Made by a program: the position numbers and the translations under genes
Assembly (NCBI GenBank): GCA_032128115.1
Contig: JAQBHB010000047.1
Coordinates: forward strand, 160,001 to 224,000
Source of the DNA: Deltaproteobacteria bacterium
Lineage (GTDB): Bacteria > Myxococcota_A > UBA9160 > SMWR01
Direction: 5' to 3'
DNA: 64,000 nt
Part shown: positions 9,085 to 19,108 of the stretch, in pieces
Layout of the letters: the number at the start of each line of letters is the position of its first letter
Numbering within the stretch: the first letter of the stretch is position 1
The notes under the pieces: model-generated
Database searches by the model: none
Seen by the model: only the letters and a program-made list of their open reading frames with translations
What the model was told of the DNA's origin: nothing

Positions 9085-10323
9085 ATGGGCGATGCCTGGA
9101 TTCTCGATGCCGTTCGCACACCCCGAGGCCGGGGCAAGCAGGAGGTCGGCGCGCTGTCCGGCATCCACCCCCAGGACCTGCTGTCCACCTGTCTGAATGC
9201 CCTGGTGGAACGCATGGGCATCGACTCGCGCGACGTCGAAGACGTGGTGGCCGGCTGTGTCACCGCGGTCGGCGAGCAGGGAGCCTGCATCGCCCGCACG
9301 TCAGTGCTCAACGCGGGCTGGGACGGCGAGTCGGCGACTGGCGTCACGCTGAACCGATTCTGCGGGTCTGGCCAGCAGGCCGTGAATTTCGCCGCCATGG
9401 GCGTGATGGCTGGCCAGCAGGACCTGGTGATCGGCGGCGGCGTCGAATCCATGTCGCGCAATCCCATGGGTTCCGACAAGTCGGGCCTCGCCGGCCACAA
9501 CCCGCACCTGGAGGCGCTGCACCCGCTGGTGCCCCAGGGCATCTCCGCGGACCTGATCGCCGCCGTCGAGGGCTTCCGCCGCGAAGAACTGGATGCGTTC
9601 GCTGCCCAGAGTCAGGAACGCGCCCAGGTGGCCCAGAAAGAGGGCCGCTTCGATGGCAGCCTGATCCCGGTGTACGACCGCGAGGGAAAGCTCGCCCTGG
9701 ATCGCGACGAGCACCCGCGCGCCGGCACCACGGCCGAGGGTCTGGCTCGGCTCAAACCCTCGTTCACCGAGATGGGGGCCTATCGACCCAAGGGCTCGGA
9801 ACTCAGCATGGACGAGCGGGCGATGCTCCGGTATCCGCAGGTGAAGAAGATCGAACACGTGCACCACGCCGGGAACTCGTCGGGGATCGTCGACGGCGCC
9901 AGCGCCATCTTGATCGCATCGCCCGAGTATGCGCGCAAGCACGGGCTCCGCCCCCGCGCGCGCATCCTGGCAATGGCCACCGCGGCCAGCGAGCCGATCA
10001 TCATGCTCACGGCGCCCACGCCTGCCAGCAAGCGCTGCTTCGAGCGGGCGGGCATGGAGGTCTCGGATATCGATCTGGTGGAGATCAACGAGGCCTTCGC
10101 CGCGATTCCGCTGAAGACGACACGCGACCTGGGTCTCGATCCGGACAAGGTCAACGTGAACGGTGGCGCCATCGCGCTGGGCCACCCCCTGGGCGCCACC
10201 GGCGGCATGCTGATCGGTACGCTGCTTGACGAGCTCGAACGGCGCGACCAGACCACGGGCCTCGTCACCATGTGCATCGGTGGAGGCATGGGCATCGCCA
10301 CCATCCTCGAGAGGATCTCCTAG
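9085..10323 (+). CDS. Acetyl-CoA C-acetyltransferase (thiolase)
   Basis: [27 protein letters not shown]. Confidence 0.95.
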   Translation: MGDAWILDAVRTPRGRGKQEVGALSGIHPQDLLSTCLNALVERMGIDSRDVEDVVAGCVTAVGEQGACIARTSVLNAGWDGESATGVTLNRFCGSGQQAVNFAAMGVMAGQQDLVIGGGVESMSRNPMGSDKSGLAGHNPHLEALHPLVPQGISADLIAAVEGFRREELDAFAAQSQERAQVAQKEGRFDGSLIPVYDREGKLALDRDEHPRAGTTAEGLARLKPSFTEMGAYRPKGSELSMDERAMLRYPQVKKIEHVHHAGNSSGIVDGASAILIASPEYARKHGLRPRARILAMATAASEPIIMLTAPTPASKRCFERAGMEVSDIDLVEINEAFAAIPLKTTRDLGLDPDKVNVNGGAIALGHPLGATGGMLIGTLLDELERRDQTTGLVTMCIGGGMGIATILERIS

Positions 10324-10422
10324 GGCCGGGCACCGCTCGATCGCCTCAGAACATCGTTTGGATCTGGCCGGAATCGAGATTCTATCCCCAAACAGGCCCT
10401 TGCGCCGCTAGAATGCACACCG

Positions 10423-11853
10423 GTGGGGAAGGGTTACGCGCGGCTTTCGGCCCAGGATGGCTCGTACCTTGCCTTCGAGGCAGCGGGCAGTCACGCCCAC
10501 ATCACGGCCGTTGCCGTCTTCGAGATGGGCCCCTTGCTCGCGGGCAGTGGTGGTCTCGACATCGAACGCATCCGTCGTCACGTGGAGTCGCGGCTCCCGT
10601 TGCTGCCCCACTATCGCCAGCGCATCGCCTTTACCCCGGTGCAGCGTCACCCGATCTGGGTGGACGATCCTCGCTTCGATCTGCGGTACCACGTTCGCCA
10701 CACCGGTCTGCCGCAGCCCGGTGGCGACGCCGACCTCAAGGAGCTGACCAGTCGTATCAGCTCACAGCCCCTGGATCGTGACAAGCCGCGTTGGGAGATC
10801 TGGTTCGTCGAGGGACTGAGCGGCGATCGCTTCGCCGCTGTCGCCAAGGTGCATCACAGCCTGGTGGACGGTGTCTCCGGCGTGAACGTGCTCATGTCGC
10901 TCCTGAGTCCCACGGTCGATGACGTGCTGGAGCCGGCCGCGCGCTGGAAGCCGCAGGCGCCGCCCGGCCTGCTCGACTTCCTGAAAGACGGCGTGACCGA
11001 GGGCGCCGGGTTCGGAGCCTCCGCGCTGCGGACCGCCAGCGGCGTCCTGTCCAGCCCGCGAAAGACCTTCGACGATGTGGCGCGGGGGGCCATGTCGGCC
11101 TGGGAGACCCTCGCCGGGGGACTCACCCGGCCGGCCGAGACTCCCATCAACCAGCCCATCGGAAGCCAGCGCCGCGTCGACTGGGTGAGTCTTGATCTGG
11201 GCCAGGTGCGCGATGTCCGCAAACGGCTCGACGGATCGCTCAACGACGTGGTGCTCACGATCGTGACCGGCGCCGTGCGCAGCCTGCTCCAGAAGCGCAA
11301 GGTTCCGCTGCGCGGCCTCGACTACCGGGTGACGGTTCCGGTCGACGTTCGCACGGGGCCCGTGGACCCGGGGGTTGCCAACAAGGTCTCCGCCTGGTTC
11401 TTGAGCCTGCCGGTGGCGGAACGCAACCCCAAGCGGCGCTTCGAGAAGATCAGCGCCGAGACGCGGCGCCTGAAGAAGGCGAAGGCCGAGGACGGGGTCG
11501 ATTTGTTCCTGCGCTTCGCCGACTGGAGTGGGTCGTCGATGCTGCCGTCGGGCTTCGTAAACCTGGTGGGGATGCTGCGCCCCTACAACCTGATCGTGAG
11601 CAACATCCACGGCCCGGCGTTCCCGCTGTATCTGCTGGGCGCAAGGCTGAATGCGTTCTATCCCCACCTGCCGCTGTTCAAGAACCAGGGCCTGGCGGTG
11701 GCGGCCATGAGCTATCTGGACAAGCTCAACGTGGGGCTGATCGGCGATTGGGACCTGATGCACGACCTGGCCGACTTCAAGGGCCACATCGAGGAGTCGG
11801 TCGAGGCCCTATGGGTCGCGGCCGGCGGCGCCCCGCCCGCAAGCATGCCGTAG
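10423..11853 (+). CDS. Wax ester synthase / diacylglycerol acyltransferase (WS/DGAT)
   Basis: Catalytic HHSLVDG, PLDRDKPRWE, NDVVL, NLIVSNIHGP. Confidence 0.95.
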   Translation: MGKGYARLSAQDGSYLAFEAAGSHAHITAVAVFEMGPLLAGSGGLDIERIRRHVESRLPLLPHYRQRIAFTPVQRHPIWVDDPRFDLRYHVRHTGLPQPGGDADLKELTSRISSQPLDRDKPRWEIWFVEGLSGDRFAAVAKVHHSLVDGVSGVNVLMSLLSPTVDDVLEPAARWKPQAPPGLLDFLKDGVTEGAGFGASALRTASGVLSSPRKTFDDVARGAMSAWETLAGGLTRPAETPINQPIGSQRRVDWVSLDLGQVRDVRKRLDGSLNDVVLTIVTGAVRSLLQKRKVPLRGLDYRVTVPVDVRTGPVDPGVANKVSAWFLSLPVAERNPKRRFEKISAETRRLKKAKAEDGVDLFLRFADWSGSSMLPSGFVNLVGMLRPYNLIVSNIHGPAFPLYLLGARLNAFYPHLPLFKNQGLAVAAMSYLDKLNVGLIGDWDLMHDLADFKGHIEESVEALWVAAGGAPPASMP

Positions 11854-11912
11854 GCCCGCGCAGTTCAGCGCGGCAAGCACGCCGTGGGCCCGCGCAGTTC
11901 AGCGCCGCAAGC
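11839..11912 (+). repeat. Tandem 34-bp direct repeat (two copies plus 6-bp partial)
   Basis: 11839-11872 GCAAGCATGCCGTAGGCCCGCGCAGTTCAGCGCG vs 11873-11906 GCAAGCACGCCGTGGGCCCGCGCAGTTCAGCGCC (3 mismatches), then GCAAGC. Confidence 0.85.
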
Positions 11913-12022
11913 GGGCCGCAAGGCTCGTGCGCCACGGAGCGCTTGTTCCGATTCGAGCGGGCGAGAGTCGCGGCCATGCCGTGCCGCGTGCCGGGTATGC
12001 AATCAGGAGGCGGAGGATCGCA

Positions 12023-12640
12023 TCACGTGTCGTCGCGGGGCGGCTTCGCCCCCAGGCCGGCCAGCAGGAACTCGGTGGTGGAGTTGGCGATCTCGTCGAG
12101 GGAGCGCTTCTCCACCAGCTGGCTGAGGGAGTGGGGTGACACCAGTGCGAACCAGACCGCCACTACGTACTCCACATCCACGTCGGGGCGGAAGTGTCCC
12201 TGGGCGATGCCGCGATAGATCAGGGCCGAGAACATGTTCCCCAGGCCCACCCGGTCGACCACCCGGTCATACGCGGGAGGCTGGGTGCCGGCCACCAGGG
12301 CGATCGTGAGCTGGCCGTATTCCTTGACCCGCTGGAAGCCGACTTCCATGGTCTGTCTCAGGCAGTCCCGGGCGTCCTCGATGCTGGAGGCGATCTTGTT
12401 CAGGTCGTTCACGGTGCGCCGGGACATTTCCCGCGCGATCTCGAGGATCAGGGCCTCCTTGTTCGGGAAGTGGCGGTAGAGCGTTCCGGCGCCAACCCGG
12501 GCGCGGGCGGCAATCTCCGTGACATCGGCCTCGAAACCGCGCTCGGCCAGCACACTTCGCGCGGCGTCGAGCAGGCGGTCCCGGTTCTGGCGGGCATCGG
12601 ATCGGGTGGCGGCGGTGATCTCGAGTTTCGGCTTCGGCAT
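12023..12640 (-). CDS. TetR/AcrR family transcriptional regulator
   Basis: RSDARQNRDRLLDAAR...EIAARARVGAGTLYRHFPNKEAL; start reassigned to ATG 12640. Confidence 0.95.
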   Translation of the reverse strand: MPKPKLEITAATRSDARQNRDRLLDAARSVLAERGFEADVTEIAARARVGAGTLYRHFPNKEALILEIAREMSRRTVNDLNKIASSIEDARDCLRQTMEVGFQRVKEYGQLTIALVAGTQPPAYDRVVDRVGLGNMFSALIYRGIAQGHFRPDVDVEYVVAVWFALVSPHSLSQLVEKRSLDEIANSTTEFLLAGLGAKPPRDDT

Positions 12641-12647
12641 GCCCGCA

Positions 12648-13508
12648 TCATACCCGGAGATTGGTTCGCGGACCGGCCGCGGCCACGACCCCCTCGATGG
12701 CCTCGATGGCTCCGCCCTCGGCGTTGCTCCGGACCACCCGGTCGGCGGCCGCCCGGGCGGACGCCACCGCGTTTCCCATGGCGATTCCCAGGCCCGCACC
12801 CGCGATCATTTCCACGTCGTTGGTGTCGTCGCCCACGGCGGCGATCTCCTCGGGAGCGATGCCCGCACGGGCAGCCAACCGCTGCAGGGCCGCCCACTTG
12901 CCCGACTCGGGCGACAGGAACTCCAGGATCTTCCCCTGGTAGTTCTTGTTGATCAGGGAGTGCACGCGCACCTGGCCAGCCAGGGCCTCCTCTCCCCGGG
13001 CGCGCAGCGTGGCCAGGCGGTCCGCGTCGCCCATGGTGCTCACCATGATCACGTCGTCTCGGGAGATTCTCGTTGCGTCCTCCACGATGTGACAGAACTC
13101 CCGGTTGTCGTCGAAGTATTCCCGCTGGTAGTCGTGAGCCCGGTCGTGAGATTCGGTGATGATGTCGGTGCGGTCGTCGAAGGCGTCCACGTAGACCAGG
13201 GGTGGGCCCAGGGGGCGAATCAGGGCCAGCACCCGATCGCGAGCTTCGGCCCGCAGGTAGCGGTGGTCCAGGGTCTCGCCCGTTTCCAGATCCTTCACCA
13301 GGACGCCGTTGTTCACCACGATGGGCCCCGAGAGTCCCAGTTCGCGCGCCACAGGCCGGGCGGTGCGAAAGCGCCGGCCGGTGCACAGCACCACCCGGAG
13401 ACCGCGGCGACGGGCGGCGCCCACGGCCTCGCGTACCCCGTGGGTGAGGTCGCCGTAGGGGTCGAGGACGGTCCCGTCCAGGTCGAGAGCGAGCAGGCGG
13501 ATCGACAT
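12648..13508 (-). CDS. Cof-type HAD hydrolase (subfamily IIB)
   Basis: LDLDGT, CTGRR, GKWAAL, GDDTNDVEM, AMGNA; start reassigned to ATG 13508. Confidence 0.93.
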   Translation of the reverse strand: MSIRLLALDLDGTVLDPYGDLTHGVREAVGAARRRGLRVVLCTGRRFRTARPVARELGLSGPIVVNNGVLVKDLETGETLDHRYLRAEARDRVLALIRPLGPPLVYVDAFDDRTDIITESHDRAHDYQREYFDDNREFCHIVEDATRISRDDVIMVSTMGDADRLATLRARGEEALAGQVRVHSLINKNYQGKILEFLSPESGKWAALQRLAARAGIAPEEIAAVGDDTNDVEMIAGAGLGIAMGNAVASARAAADRVVRSNAEGGAIEAIEGVVAAAGPRTNLRV

Positions 13509-13558
13509 GGGTGGAATCGGCGAGTGTGCCGTGGCGCGGGGCGCGGCGCGAGTCCGTC

Positions 13559-14983
13559 TCAGTCCGAAGTCGCCCGGGCGCCGCTCGCGTGGGCCCGACG
13601 GGTCCAGCGCCCGGTGGCCATCCAGAGGCCCGTCGCCGTCGTGAGCACCACGTTGCTGACGAGAAATGCGATCCACAGGCCCGTGGGCCCGAAACGCAGC
13701 ACGAAGGCCAGTACATAGGCGAGGGGCACGGTGATGAGAAACGTGGTGCCCAAGGAGATGAGCATGGGCGCGACCACGTCGCCGGCGCCCTGGAGCGTGC
13801 GGAAGAACACGAAGTAGAAGGCCCACATGGCGAACGAGCCGGAGGCGTAGAGCAGGTACTCGCTGCCTACACCAATCACCTCCGGGTCGTCGCTCAGGAG
13901 CGACACGATCTGGACCCGGAACACCAGCGTGAGCAGGGCGAAGGTCAGCATGACGGAGCCGTGCACCCACAGCCCCACCTTCACCGCGCGGCGAGCGCGG
14001 GGCACATCGCCGGCGCCCAGGTTCTGGCCCACGATCGTGGCGCAGGCCGTGGCCAGGGGGAAGCAGAACGCGGGGGCGATCATGCCCAGGCGAAGCCCGA
14101 TGGCATAGGCCGTCTGCACAGGCTCACCGAAGCTTCCGGTCATCCGCAAGAAAGCGAAGGTGAGGAACAGGTTGCCCACCATCTGGAGCGCCGGGGGCCC
14201 GGAGAGTGCCAGGATGCGGCGGATCATCGCCGGATCCGGTCGCAGGTGGCGCAGCCGCAGGTGCACGCGGCCGCGGCCCCGGAACAGGACGAACAAGCCG
14301 GCGGCGAGCGCCGTCACGTGCCCCAGTGCAACTCCCAGGGCCACGCCGCGCACACCGAGGGCCGGCGCCCCGAAGTGGCCGAAGATCAGGGTCCACTCCG
14401 CCGGCAACGCCACGCCGATCTGCAGCAGCATCAGCAGCAGCGGCGTGGTGGTGTCGCCCGCTCCCGTGAGGATTCCAGACACCAGCAGCGTGCCCACGAA
14501 GCCGAAGCTGAGCAGGAACACGAGCTGCAGGTAGGGCACGCCCTGGGAAGTGAAGCTCGGGTCGGGTCCGGGAAGCGAGAACAGCAGTTCGGGGAAGAAT
14601 CCCCCCAGGATCGCCATGGACGCTGCCAGCACGGCGCCAAGCAACACGGTCTGGCCCGCCACGTGTTCGGCCGCGTCGATGCGCCCCTCTCCCACCGCCC
14701 GGGCGATGAGGGCCTGGGCGCCGAAGCTCGCACCCATCAGGATCATGAACACGGCCTGGCGCAGGCTCTGGTTGACGATGATCACCGACGCCATGGACTT
14801 CTCGCCCAGGCGGCTCAGGAATCCCAGATCGACGAGTTGGAACACGACGCCCTGGGCCAGTCCGCCCACGAGCATGGGGAGTGACAGCATCGCCAGCGAG
14901 GCCAGGACGCTGCCCCGCGTGTGGTCGCGATCACGCCAGAGGGCGAGTCGCCCCGGTCGGGGGCGATGATCGGGCTTGCTCAC
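13559..14983 (-). CDS. MATE family efflux transporter
   Basis: About 12 TM segments, GAGDTTTP, VGQNLGAG, QGAGD repeats. Confidence 0.92.
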   Translation of the reverse strand: MSKPDHRPRPGRLALWRDRDHTRGSVLASLAMLSLPMLVGGLAQGVVFQLVDLGFLSRLGEKSMASVIIVNQSLRQAVFMILMGASFGAQALIARAVGEGRIDAAEHVAGQTVLLGAVLAASMAILGGFFPELLFSLPGPDPSFTSQGVPYLQLVFLLSFGFVGTLLVSGILTGAGDTTTPLLLMLLQIGVALPAEWTLIFGHFGAPALGVRGVALGVALGHVTALAAGLFVLFRGRGRVHLRLRHLRPDPAMIRRILALSGPPALQMVGNLFLTFAFLRMTGSFGEPVQTAYAIGLRLGMIAPAFCFPLATACATIVGQNLGAGDVPRARRAVKVGLWVHGSVMLTFALLTLVFRVQIVSLLSDDPEVIGVGSEYLLYASGSFAMWAFYFVFFRTLQGAGDVVAPMLISLGTTFLITVPLAYVLAFVLRFGPTGLWIAFLVSNVVLTTATGLWMATGRWTRRAHASGARATSD

Positions 14984-14997
14984 ACTCGGGAGTTAGC

Positions 14998-15921
14998 TCA
15001 GCCGGAGCTGTCCGGCGGGATTTCGTCGCGCAGGCGGCTCTCGAGTTCTTCCAGCGAGCGCGGCCAGTCGTTCTTGAGAAGCCTCGAAAGCGCCCGGTCC
15101 GCCAACAGTCGGCCGCCGGTCTGGCACGCGGCGCAGTAGTTGGTCTCGTTGCTTGCGTAGACGATTCGCTGCACCGGTGCGCCGCAATCCGGGCACGGCA
15201 CGCGGTGTTTGCCGTGGACCGCCATTTCCGGGCGGAATGCCGTGACGCGCTCTGGAAAATCGCCGCCCGCCTGTTCGCGCAGGCGCTGCGTCCATTCGAC
15301 CAGGGTGTCGCGGGTGGCGGCGTGGAGGCGTTCGATCTCGCCCTCCTCGAGTCGCGAAGTCCACTTCACGGGGGACAGGCGGGCCCGGTGCAGGATCTCA
15401 TCGGAGTAGGCATTGCCGATCCCGCTGAACAGCCGCGGATCGGTGAGCGAGCGCTTGAGGGTGTGGTTGGCCGAGAGCAGGCGTTCGCGGAACGCCGCGG
15501 CATCGGCCCGCAGCACCTCGAGGCCCCCCGGGTCGTGTCGCGCCAGCGCCGCCTCGCCCCGAACCAGGTGCAGGGTGGCGCGTTTCCGGGTGCTGGCCTC
15601 GCTGAGGAGCAGGCTGCCCGTGGCGAAGTCGAAAGCGGCGAGTCCCCGTTTGCGGGCGAGATTCGCGCCCGGTGTGCGCCAGTGGAAGCGCCCGGCGATC
15701 ATGAGGTGGACGATCAGGAAGAGATCGTCTTCCAGCGCGAACACGATGCGCTTGCCCACGCGGCGCAGGGCTTCGACGCGGCGCCCGGCGGCCTCGCTCA
15801 TGGGCGGATCCACCGACCGCAGGACCGACGGGCCGACGATGCGGACCCGCGTCAGTACCTCTCCCCGGCAGCGGGCCTCCAGGGCCTCCAGGTACACCGC
15901 CAGATCGGGGAGTTCCGGCAC
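14998..15921 (-). CDS. Fpg/Nei family DNA glycosylase
   Basis: N-terminal PELPD, HLMIAG, GIGNAYSDEIL (H2TH), CPDC...CAACQ zinc finger, LADRALSRLLK tail. Confidence 0.93.
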   Translation of the reverse strand: MPELPDLAVYLEALEARCRGEVLTRVRIVGPSVLRSVDPPMSEAAGRRVEALRRVGKRIVFALEDDLFLIVHLMIAGRFHWRTPGANLARKRGLAAFDFATGSLLLSEASTRKRATLHLVRGEAALARHDPGGLEVLRADAAAFRERLLSANHTLKRSLTDPRLFSGIGNAYSDEILHRARLSPVKWTSRLEEGEIERLHAATRDTLVEWTQRLREQAGGDFPERVTAFRPEMAVHGKHRVPCPDCGAPVQRIVYASNETNYCAACQTGGRLLADRALSRLLKNDWPRSLEELESRLRDEIPPDSSG

Positions 15922-15995
15922 GCGCCTAGAATGTCACGCGGCCGATCGTCCCGCCCGTTTTCGATGGTAGGATGACGCTCAGGAGGGGTTGACTC

Positions 15996-17279
15996 ATGGA
16001 GCGAACCATCGGACTTGCCGCGGGCCTGGTGTTGGCGCTGGCGGTATCGCTGCTGCCAGCACTCGCCGACGAAACCTGCCAGTCACCGTACCTGCCCAAG
16101 ATCACCGGGCAGGAGGACTACGTCTACGTCTGGACCCTCGGGATCGAGGGTCTGGGCGACGGATCCGACAAGATCGTGACCATTGGAGTCAACCCGAAGC
16201 GCGACGACTACCGAAAAGTGGTCTCGAGCCTCTCGGTGGGAGGGCGACACGAGGCGCACCACGGGGGCCTCAGCGACGACCGGCGCTATTTCTGGGTCGG
16301 TGGGCTCGACGACAGCAAGATCTTCATCGTCGACGTGGCCAGCAATCCCGCCGAGCCGCGCCTGGTGCGAACGCTCGACGATTTCGAGGAGAAGACCGGC
16401 GGTGTCGTGGGACCCCACGGCTTCTACGCCCTGCCCGGACGCATGCTGATCAGCGCTCTTTCGAACCGGTTGGGCAGCGGCAAGACCGCGCTCGTGGAGT
16501 ACAACAACGAGGGCGACTACATCCGGACGATCTGGATGCCCGAGGGCGCCGAGTACGGCTACGACGCGCGCATCAAGGCCGAGCTGAACCGCATGCTCAC
16601 TTCCTCGTTCACGGGCCACGACAACTACATGCGGCCGTTGTCCGAGCTCCTGGGCGACGGCGAGGCCATGAAGAACTTCGGCAGCACCCTGGTGGTGTGG
16701 GACTACCACGCCCGGAAGCCCCTGCAGACGCTCCATGTGCCCGGTGCCCCCCTCGAGATCCGCTGGGCGCTGCAGCCGGATCACCACTACGCCTTCACCA
16801 GCGCAGCACTGACCTCGAAGCTGTGGACCGTCTTCCGCAAGAGTGACGGGAGCTTCGAGGCGATCGAGGTGGCGGACATCGGGGACCCGTCCGCGGTTCC
16901 GCTGCCGGTGGACATCAGTCTCTCAGCGGACGATCGCTTCCTGTTCGTCGATAGCTTCATGGACGGCATGGTGCGGGTCTTCGACGTGTCGGATCCCCGA
17001 AAGCCGTTGGTGATTCACGAGCAGAAGATCGGGCCCCAGGTGAACATGGTCTCGCAGTCGTGGGATGGAAAGCGTTTGTATTTCACCTCTTCGTTGCTGG
17101 CGAACTGGGACGGCACCGGCAGCGATGACGCCCAGTTCTTCAAGGCTTACTCGTGGGACGGGAAGAAGCTCGATCCGACGTTCGCGATCGATTTTCGCGC
17201 GGAAAAACTGGGGCGCCCCCACCTGATGCGCTTCGGCCAGATCGACTTCTATCGCGGTCGGGTCGCGTCCGCGAAATGA
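15996..17279 (+). CDS. mtoX: Selenium-binding protein SBP56 / methanethiol oxidase homolog (exported)
   Basis: Signal peptide then DETCQSPY..ITGQEDYVYVWTLG, HEAHH, GPH, YGYD, PLEIRW, SSLLANWD, GRPH; SD AGGAGG. Confidence 0.85.
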   Translation: MERTIGLAAGLVLALAVSLLPALADETCQSPYLPKITGQEDYVYVWTLGIEGLGDGSDKIVTIGVNPKRDDYRKVVSSLSVGGRHEAHHGGLSDDRRYFWVGGLDDSKIFIVDVASNPAEPRLVRTLDDFEEKTGGVVGPHGFYALPGRMLISALSNRLGSGKTALVEYNNEGDYIRTIWMPEGAEYGYDARIKAELNRMLTSSFTGHDNYMRPLSELLGDGEAMKNFGSTLVVWDYHARKPLQTLHVPGAPLEIRWALQPDHHYAFTSAALTSKLWTVFRKSDGSFEAIEVADIGDPSAVPLPVDISLSADDRFLFVDSFMDGMVRVFDVSDPRKPLVIHEQKIGPQVNMVSQSWDGKRLYFTSSLLANWDGTGSDDAQFFKAYSWDGKKLDPTFAIDFRAEKLGRPHLMRFGQIDFYRGRVASAK

Positions 17280-17944
17280 GGAACCGGCGCCTGGGCCTCG
17301 CCGTGGGATGCGCCCTGCTGGTGGCCTTTGGCGCCCGCGCCCAGGGCGAGGCGCGCGATCTCCTCTACAGCTTGCCAGATGCGGGAAGCTACGAGCTTCC
17401 CGTCATCGATCGCGTGGACGCCCACCCGTTATTGGGGATCGATGGAAGATCGTCCCTGTTGCCCGACCTCTCCATCGGCCAGTGCGCGCTGGTCTCGTTC
17501 GTGTACCTGCACTGCCCGGACGCCGCCGGTTGCCCCATGGCCCTGGCCTCGCTGCAGCGTCTCGATCGAGCGGTGGCGGCGCGAGGCGATCTGGCGGGGC
17601 GCGTCCGGCTCGTGACGGTGAGCTTCGACCCGGAACGCGACGGCCCGGAACAGATGGCGGAGATCCGACACCACATGGCGCCTCGTGGCGACTGGCGCTT
17701 CCTGACGGCCAGCGACACGGCGGAACTCGAGCCGGTGCTGGTGGATTACGGACAGGATGTGGTGCCGCTGTTCAGCGACAAGGGGACGAGGCTGCCCATC
17801 CTGCGCCACGTGGCCAAGGTATTCCTGCTGGATGGGGAGGGGGGCGTGCGAAACGTCTACAGCAGCGGCTTCCTGGATCACCGCATCCTGCTTCGCGACG
17901 TGGAGACGCTGCTGCTCACGGGCGCGGACCCGCCGCGCCCGTGA
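17276..17944 (+). CDS. SCO1/SenC family copper chaperone
   Basis: ATGA overlap with mtoX stop; signal peptide; FVYLHCPDAAGCP, TVSFDPERD, conserved His in LRHVAKVFLLD. Confidence 0.88.
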   Translation: MRNRRLGLAVGCALLVAFGARAQGEARDLLYSLPDAGSYELPVIDRVDAHPLLGIDGRSSLLPDLSIGQCALVSFVYLHCPDAAGCPMALASLQRLDRAVAARGDLAGRVRLVTVSFDPERDGPEQMAEIRHHMAPRGDWRFLTASDTAELEPVLVDYGQDVVPLFSDKGTRLPILRHVAKVFLLDGEGGVRNVYSSGFLDHRILLRDVETLLLTGADPPRP

Positions 17945-18166
17945 GCCACAGATCGGGTGCTACGCAGCTGACTTGATGGGGAGCCCGGAAGCCCGGGCTG
18001 GGTCGGCACGGAGGCATCGGACACGGCACCCATCCCCACGGGCCGGCCCGGCGTGTTCCGGGCGGCAGCGTGGAGATCGACCGGCCGCTGGGCTCGATTG
18101 AGGTGGTCCGATCGGCGAGGCGCTACGAGTTGCACACGGGCTGCGCAACCGTGAAACCCGTGAGTG

Positions 18167-18982
18167 TCAGTCAGCGGGGGCCGTTTCCGGTGTCCCGGAA
18201 GTCTCTTGCCGCATGTTGTGGTGCAGCAGCTTGCGGAGGCCGCGCGGAAGGGTGGTGGTGATCTGCATGCGCGCGGGCGTCCGGGACATGTTGCGCCAGC
18301 CGTGGGGAAGTGTCGTCTTGTAGTGGAGAGTGTCGCCGGCCCGGAGTCGGTATTCCTCTTCGCCGATCCAGAACGTGATCTCGCCTTCCTCGCACTGGAT
18401 CAGGGCTTCACCGTCCCAGCGCACCCGCTCGCTGCCGCTGCCGCTGCCGGGTTGCAGGGTCACCCGCCAGGCCTCCAGGCAGGCCTCGAAAAGATCGCCC
18501 ACCAGGCGTTCCATGGTCATGTGCGACGCGATGCCCACGGGGTGGCGTGCCAGGGCCGGGAGGTGCACGGCGTGGAGGTCTTCGGTGATCTCGCGCATCA
18601 GATCGGACGGCGCGCGACCGAGCCCGCGCGCGATCTTGAGGAGGACGCCCACGGTGGGAACCATCTGCTGGGTCTCCACCTTCTGGATGGTGCTGGCCGC
18701 TACGCTGCTGCGCCGGGCCAGCTCCTGTAGGGTTAGATCGCCTTCTTCGCGCCAGCTTCGGATCCGCTGGGCGATGGCCCGGATCTCGGCCTCGATGGGC
18801 GGATCCGGAGGCGCGTCCGCCCGCTGGCGCTCCTCGCCGCCGGGGCGGAGGGCATCGCGGAAGCCGTCCAGGGCGTTTCCCAGTGCGCCGGGCTCCTTCC
18901 AGATCTCGGGGCCGAGGGGAACCGCCGCCGGCTTGGCTGCCAGGGAAGAATCACCACTGGGCCGCCCATTTTCGTTTCGCAT
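18167..18982 (-). CDS. XRE-family HTH regulator with C-terminal cupin
   Basis: LTLQELARRSSVAASTIQKVE...PTVGVLLKIARGLG; GEE-like cupin, L.AGDTLHY....PHGWRN. Start uncertain. Confidence 0.85.
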   Translation of the reverse strand: MRNENGRPSGDSSLAAKPAAVPLGPEIWKEPGALGNALDGFRDALRPGGEERQRADAPPDPPIEAEIRAIAQRIRSWREEGDLTLQELARRSSVAASTIQKVETQQMVPTVGVLLKIARGLGRAPSDLMREITEDLHAVHLPALARHPVGIASHMTMERLVGDLFEACLEAWRVTLQPGSGSGSERVRWDGEALIQCEEGEITFWIGEEEYRLRAGDTLHYKTTLPHGWRNMSRTPARMQITTTLPRGLRKLLHHNMRQETSGTPETAPAD

Positions 18983-19025
18983 AGGAAAAAGGGTTACCAG
19001 GGGGCGTCTCCCACGTCAAGAACAT

Positions 19026-19067
19026 CCCGGTGTCGCTGCTGACCCCCCCGGTGTCGCTGCTGACCCC
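19026..19067 (+). repeat. Perfect 21-bp tandem duplication
   Basis: CCCGGTGTCGCTGCTGACCCC at 19026-19046 and 19047-19067. Confidence 0.9.
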
Positions 19068-19108
19068 GATGGGGCCTTCGGTCGGTTTTCAGCGCGGCGG
19101 CGGGCGGC

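Noticed and set aside
15986..15995. GGGGTTGACT before mtoX matching part of the 39047 element arm
   Set aside because: Only about 10 nt, overlaps the SD, and has no partner arm; likely chance.
17945..18166. About 220-bp gap between convergent genes as possible ncRNA or riboswitch
   Set aside because: Only short GC stems and no family I can recognise; a covariance-model search would be needed.
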